Shown piece after piece: positions 59,888 to 64,000 of a DNA stretch of 64,000 bases. A program made the translations under genes and the position numbers. Under the pieces are notes generated by a model. The model had not been told where the DNA came from, searched no databases, and worked only from the letters and a program-made list of their open reading frames with translations. This DNA comes from Hyphochytrium catenoides. Taxonomy: Eukaryota > Protista > Hyphochytriomycota. Every line of letters begins with the position of its first letter. Positions within the stretch are counted from its first letter, which is position 1. Location: the NCBI GenBank assembly GCA_900088475.1, contig FLMG01003874.1, forward strand, positions 37,967-101,966, written 5' to 3'.

Positions 59888-61831
59888 TCAAATGTAGACA
59901 TAGTGAGGCATGTTCTTTGGGCTCAGAAGGTCGTAGGGTAGAATTTTCTCTGTGGATGCGCGAGCCGCGATCGTAGCCGCGATGGCGTCTAGCACCCTCA
60001 TGAACTTCTCAATAGCGCACTTGGTCTTAGGAGTGTTCATAGGGGAAGAGTCAAGTCCCGTATAGAAGCCCTCCTGAGGGTTCATTGGCCTAGCAAATCC
60101 TCTCATGACTCGGATGCTTTGGATGGCGGCAGTTACAGGGGGCATCCAGCTAAGCACTGCGTTCACCGTCAGTGGGCTCTTGGCGGTTGGCGCTGCTTGA
60201 GACAGTGTCGGGCTCTGGAAGGGAATGGAGCTCCCAAACCTATAAAGACTGTATGTGTTCATTGAGTGGTGCTTCGTCGTAACCAGGTGAATCAAATGTG
60301 TGAGCGCACTAGCCAGCTCATTTAGTGATGCGAACTTGGACGGGAAACCCTTCACATTCCCAAACTCGGGGCTGGAAGCCTCTGCCGCCCAAGCTGTCAG
60401 CTCTATATCTTCCGCGACAGCAGAGTCCGAAGAATAGTAGAGGCGTAAGTAGTCTGTCACAAAGCTTCGCACAGCAGCGCTGATGGCAAGAGCATCCTGC
60501 GAGTAATAAACAAAAGATGAAGACGAAGGTAAGTTCCCAAACCAAGCTGCTGCTAAAGAGCAGAGACAAGCAGCTTGAAGAAGACCATGAACCTGAAAGA
60601 AGGGATTGGCATGAAAAACGACGTCTAACATAGCGAACTTTACCTGATAGTAGTCATAGGCAGAGATCAGGGACCCAAGACCGCGAGAAGTAATCTGCTG
60701 GGCGTGAGTATCCTGCTCCCAGGTCCACGTGGTAAATTTTTTGTCGAGAAGCACTCTTGCTCCCACGCCACCCATTGCGGACCAAACGTCAAGACTGCCG
60801 GTGTCTTTAGGAAAGAGAAGTCGAAAGCCACCAACATTATTTCCAAAAAGCATCTTGAGATAGTGCTCAATCAGGACGCGAACTGGATGAGCCGTCGCAA
60901 GCTGGCGATAAGCTGCGATTTTGAGAGGCTCAATAGCCAGATGGGTAGTGATAAAGTGGTCGACCTGTTGATCCTGAATGGCTCCATTGTTAAAGAAGAT
61001 CTTGGCGAGCAACCATTCACCCTCGGAGTCCTTCTTGGTGTACACTGGGCCCTCTTTTCCTAGTATCTGAATGGCCAGGGGGATCAGGCTAGTGCCACGC
61101 GGATCCCATGCAAACAAAGCTATCGGGTACCCCATGAACTCTCCCGCTTGTCGCTGCTGCTCAACCTCCTTAAGGTGCGACAAGTCAGCAATGTAGAGAT
61201 GACCGCGAAGCTTCACATCGGAGAGGGACCCTCTCATGAGCCGAACAGTTTCAGCTGGAAGATCCGCATCAGCTAAGCTAAATGGCAATGCCTCTTCGCC
61301 TGCCATTCTTCTGATGATGTGCGGGTACGAAGTAAACATCTGGCGCGCGAACACGTTATCGTCACCTACAAAATCCATGTTGTTGACGACCGGTATCTCT
61401 CCGAAGTAGCTGTATAGCTCCTTATAGTCGTCCAGCTTTGTTGGAACAAATGACCCCTTCTCCGCAATAGCTTTTTGAGCTTGGGGCAAGACGGTACCCA
61501 GAATCCAAGGGCCATTGTTAGCCTGAAATGCCTGGAACTCAGCCTCCCGCACACTAGTTCCCTCGGGTCCTCCAGGGCCCGGGGAGACTCCTGGACGAGC
61601 TTCGTAGACAAAACCTGAGGTGAAGTTTGCCACGGTAGTGCGACGAAGCTCAGGGTCACTCGCTAGAGCGGGTATGGAATATGTGTCACTCTGTCCGCTG
61701 CAGGCATCGGCTAACTTTCGGAGGGATGGACCTTGGCGGTCACTACCCACACCGAATGGGGCTGCAGAGACGCCACTACTCAGTAGATTGACCGCGGCAA
61801 CGGCACAGCAAAGATATGTTATACGAACCAT
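59888..61831 (-). CDS. Secreted lipoxygenase (catalytic domain only, no PLAT domain); one in-frame intron 60643-60497
   Basis: DDNVFARQ, LIPLAIQI, EWLLAKIF, HFITTHL (two His ligands), HPVRVL, YYQ|DALAI, DIELTAWAAE, HHSMN (His/Asn ligands), C-terminal Ile (..YVYI). Signal peptide MVRITYLCCAVAAVNLLSSGVSA. Confidence 0.92.
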   Translation of the reverse strand: MVRITYLCCAVAAVNLLSSGVSAAPFGVGSDRQGPSLRKLADACSGQSDTYSIPALASDPELRRTTVANFTSGFVYEARPGVSPGPGGPEGTSVREAEFQAFQANNGPWILGTVLPQAQKAIAEKGSFVPTKLDDYKELYSYFGEIPVVNNMDFVGDDNVFARQMFTSYPHIIRRMAGEEALPFSLADADLPAETVRLMRGSLSDVKLRGHLYIADLSHLKEVEQQRQAGEFMGYPIALFAWDPRGTSLIPLAIQILGKEGPVYTKKDSEGEWLLAKIFFNNGAIQDQQVDHFITTHLAIEPLKIAAYRQLATAHPVRVLIEHYLKMLFGNNVGGFRLLFPKDTGSLDVWSAMGGVGARVLLDKKFTTWTWEQDTHAQQITSRGLGSLISAYDYYQVKFAMLDVVFHANPFFQVHGLLQAACLCSLAAAWFGNLPSSSSFVYYSQDALAISAAVRSFVTDYLRLYYSSDSAVAEDIELTAWAAEASSPEFGNVKGFPSKFASLNELASALTHLIHLVTTKHHSMNTYSLYRFGSSIPFQSPTLSQAAPTAKSPLTVNAVLSWMPPVTAAIQSIRVMRGFARPMNPQEGFYTGLDSSPMNTPKTKCAIEKFMRVLDAIAATIAARASTEKILPYDLLSPKNMPHYVYI

Positions 61832-62729
61832 CGTTGTATGAGAGGTTCAGCCCTCCACTGTTAGTATCCGAAAGAATCCTCTCCTCCTGCCAGCAGCGAG
61901 GTTACGCTTCAAGAACCCCCGAAGATAATGTGGTGCAAGATGGCTTGCTTGTGACGAAGGAGATTGGATAATGATGTATTAAGGATAAGGGACCAAGCTT
62001 GGATGATAAGGGCGGAAAACATTGCTCACACCTGCTTGTTGCAGGTGCCCTTGGGCTGATCTTATACAAGGTATAAACTTGTTTTAGGAAGCTTCTTTTA
62101 AAAGGGATGCAGCTCGTGCAAGTGCAGAGTCCTCGGATAAGGGATGCGAAGCCATCATCATCAAAAGAAGAGATCCAACAAAAGTAGGAAGCTACAGGAA
62201 GAAAGAGATGGTGCGAGAACAAGGGGTTGGGGAAGGAAACTGCTGCTGTTGTCCGTTGGATTGATGTGCAGTTGGAAAGGATCAAGATCCCACATCACAC
62301 AGAAGGAGAAGAGGGAGGAGAAGTATCTTCTTGTCGATGAATGATTTGGCTGATGACTGATGAAGAGAGGCAGGACAAGGAACTGGCACTTGGGTGCCAA
62401 CTGAACTCGCTTGGGTTGGGCAGCATACACTTCTAGGCCTTTCACCCCGGCTCTCACTTCTTGAAGTCTCGCCGCGACAAGCTTGATCGGTTCTCATGAG
62501 GCGAGGCGGCTTGTGAAGTTTGCCCCCACCGTGGAGCTGTAGGATGAGGACTAAACCAGAGAAAACCTGTGCTGCTGCACAGCTAGCTTTCATCATGATG
62601 AAGGAAAGGGTACGTCGGACTGGCGGGGCACACAACATTATTGACCTGAGAATCTCTAGTACTTCAAGGTGCGTGCCCGCTATGGCTGCTGGAGACGAGG
62701 AAGAAGGCGGACGATGAAATTTCGTTATG

Positions 62730-63090
62730 AGAGGGAGGACAGAGGACAGACAGACAACAGCAGCAACCAAGACCCAGAAAGAAAGGAGGAAAAAAAAAAC
62801 AGAGGGGCGGGAGACCAACCTGCTGGAAGCAGACCTGAGAACAATGGCTGGCACCTTCTTCTCAGGGAAGAGGTAGTAGGAAGAAGGAAGCAACGAAGCC
62901 AGGCCCAGCAGCAGAGAAGAGAGGTCAAACTTTTCTTGGTGGCGAGGACTGAGGGAGAAACAGAAAGAGAGAGATGGGAAGGAGAGAGCAGAGACAGGGA
63001 TGCCAAAACAAAGGGAGAGGGAGAGTAGGGGAAAGAGACAGAGAAGAGAGAAAGAGCCAGACAGAGAATAGAGAAGAGACGAAGAAAGGT
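62730..63090. repeat. Polypurine (GA-rich) low-complexity tract upstream of the lipoxygenase gene
   Basis: Strong A/G skew on the + strand, e.g. 62950-63088. Confidence 0.7.
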
Positions 63091-63261
63091 TTTTTTAAAA
63101 AGTACTTTACTAGGAATAAGTAGTTCTACTGTAATGGGACTGTAGCCTGAAATAAACAGAAGGGTTTGCTAACTATACAATAATAAGGCGGCCCGGCCCC
63201 CCTGGTCACCCAGTGGCCCCCAGCCCCATCATCACCCTCCCGTTCCACCCCTTGGCCCCTG

Positions 63262-63279
63262 CCATAGTTCTACTGTACA
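63262..63279. promoter_or_regulatory. Candidate cis-element CCATAGTTCTACTGTACA (second partial copy at 63121-63133)
   Basis: Near-identical to 35883-35900. Confidence 0.35.
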
Positions 63280-64000
63280 AATAAAGAGCTTGACATCATC
63301 AGAACTCAGAGTTTTGTAAGATTCCTAGGCAGACACCACGCGGTCAATGCACAATGCTGCGAGAGGTCGGTCTGATGCTCAAACTGCAAAGGGAAGAAGC
63401 GGGTGCCATCATCACTGCCACTCAATCAATCATAAGAAGTCGCTCACGTTCTGAACAGAGCAGCATACCATGCATCCATCTTCTGAGAAGAGAGAAGCAA
63501 CAGGGTGATGGGAGGGCGTCATATGGTGCTAAAAAACAACTGATGAAATCATTACTCTAGAGGCTGGTTGGCATCTGATTATGTGGAGCGATAATCAAGT
63601 GACACATTCATCGTCAGCAAACGGCACCGCCTACGATCTACTCCCTACTAATACCTCTTTTGTGGAGGAACCTAAGAAGGGCGCCATTCAAGTACTAGTG
63701 AGGGGAGAGAAGGCGGTCTTCTCATCATCGTTTCTTACTGATGAAGGTCCGCTACGTACCAATAGGACTCCTTTTCATTGCTAATTAACCCTCTCTTTCC
63801 TCGTCCCGCTCCTGCGCTTCTCCACTTTCAATTATCAGCCTATTATTTGACAGTAGTAATGGTTGGTGGTGGGAAGACGAGCGGATCCATCCTGTTGTCG
63901 AGGTTGCCTCACCTGCTGGGAAGATGGTGACGACCATCCTTGAATCTTCGGAAGCGCTAGAAGAGGAGGTGCTGTGTGTGACATCATGTTTTCTTTTGTC

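Noticed and set aside
61700-61745. RxLR-like effector motif (PSLRKL) after the LOX signal peptide
   Set aside because: Does not match R-x-L-R and has no dEER; similar LRKL/RRL motifs are common in stramenopile secreted pro-regions
59888-61831. Manganese lipoxygenase or plastid-targeted LOX
   Set aside because: His spacing is H-x4-H (Fe-type), and the residue after the predicted cleavage is Ala, not the Phe of the ASAFAP plastid motif
62282-63028. 203-aa and 119-aa ORFs
   Set aside because: Explained by GA/CT low-complexity sequence that lacks stop codons; probably the LOX upstream/leader region
1-64000. Non-canonical genetic code or non-canonical splice sites; CRISPR, rRNA or tRNA genes
   Set aside because: The genes I reconstructed in detail splice with GT-AG and end in standard stops, and no repeat-spacer arrays or structured RNA genes were recognised by eye

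Overview
This is a gene-dense eukaryotic scaffold, about 50% GC by eye, with short canonical GT-AG introns (mostly 50-90 nt) and three N gaps. It is not prokaryotic, and no rRNA, tRNA, CRISPR array or intact transposon was recognised. Gene content suggests a flagellated protist, most plausibly a stramenopile; this is an inference from the RGS-kinase, Arl18-like GTPase, stand-alone KIX-like protein and outer-dynein-arm docking subunit. About 20 protein-coding genes can be reconstructed by hand-splicing. In order they are: Met10-type sulfite reductase flavoprotein, TFIIIC subunit 4-like, SEL1L/Hrd3, hotdog thioesterase, GRK-like RGS-kinase, KIX-like protein, Arl8/Arl18 GTPase, choline/ethanolamine kinase, a candidate micro-exon microprotein, VPS20, a secreted repeat beta-domain protein, 2OG-Fe(II) oxygenase, a 7x BED-like zinc-finger protein, ODA docking subunit, NTE/PNPLA6-type phospholipase, CBM20-glycerophosphodiesterase, a hypothetical protein, a KH RNA-binding protein, cornichon and a secreted lipoxygenase. 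The most interesting signals are (1) a head-to-head NTE1/GDE1-type pair catalysing consecutive phosphatidylcholine-turnover steps, with a choline/ethanolamine kinase and a lipoxygenase in the same window; (2) a protein built from seven copies of an unusual BED-like C2H2 module; (3) a secreted protein with a duplicated unrecognised beta-domain; (4) a hidden micro-exon gene; and (5) a recurrent intergenic TAGTTCTACWG motif. Exon boundaries were read manually and no database search was run.
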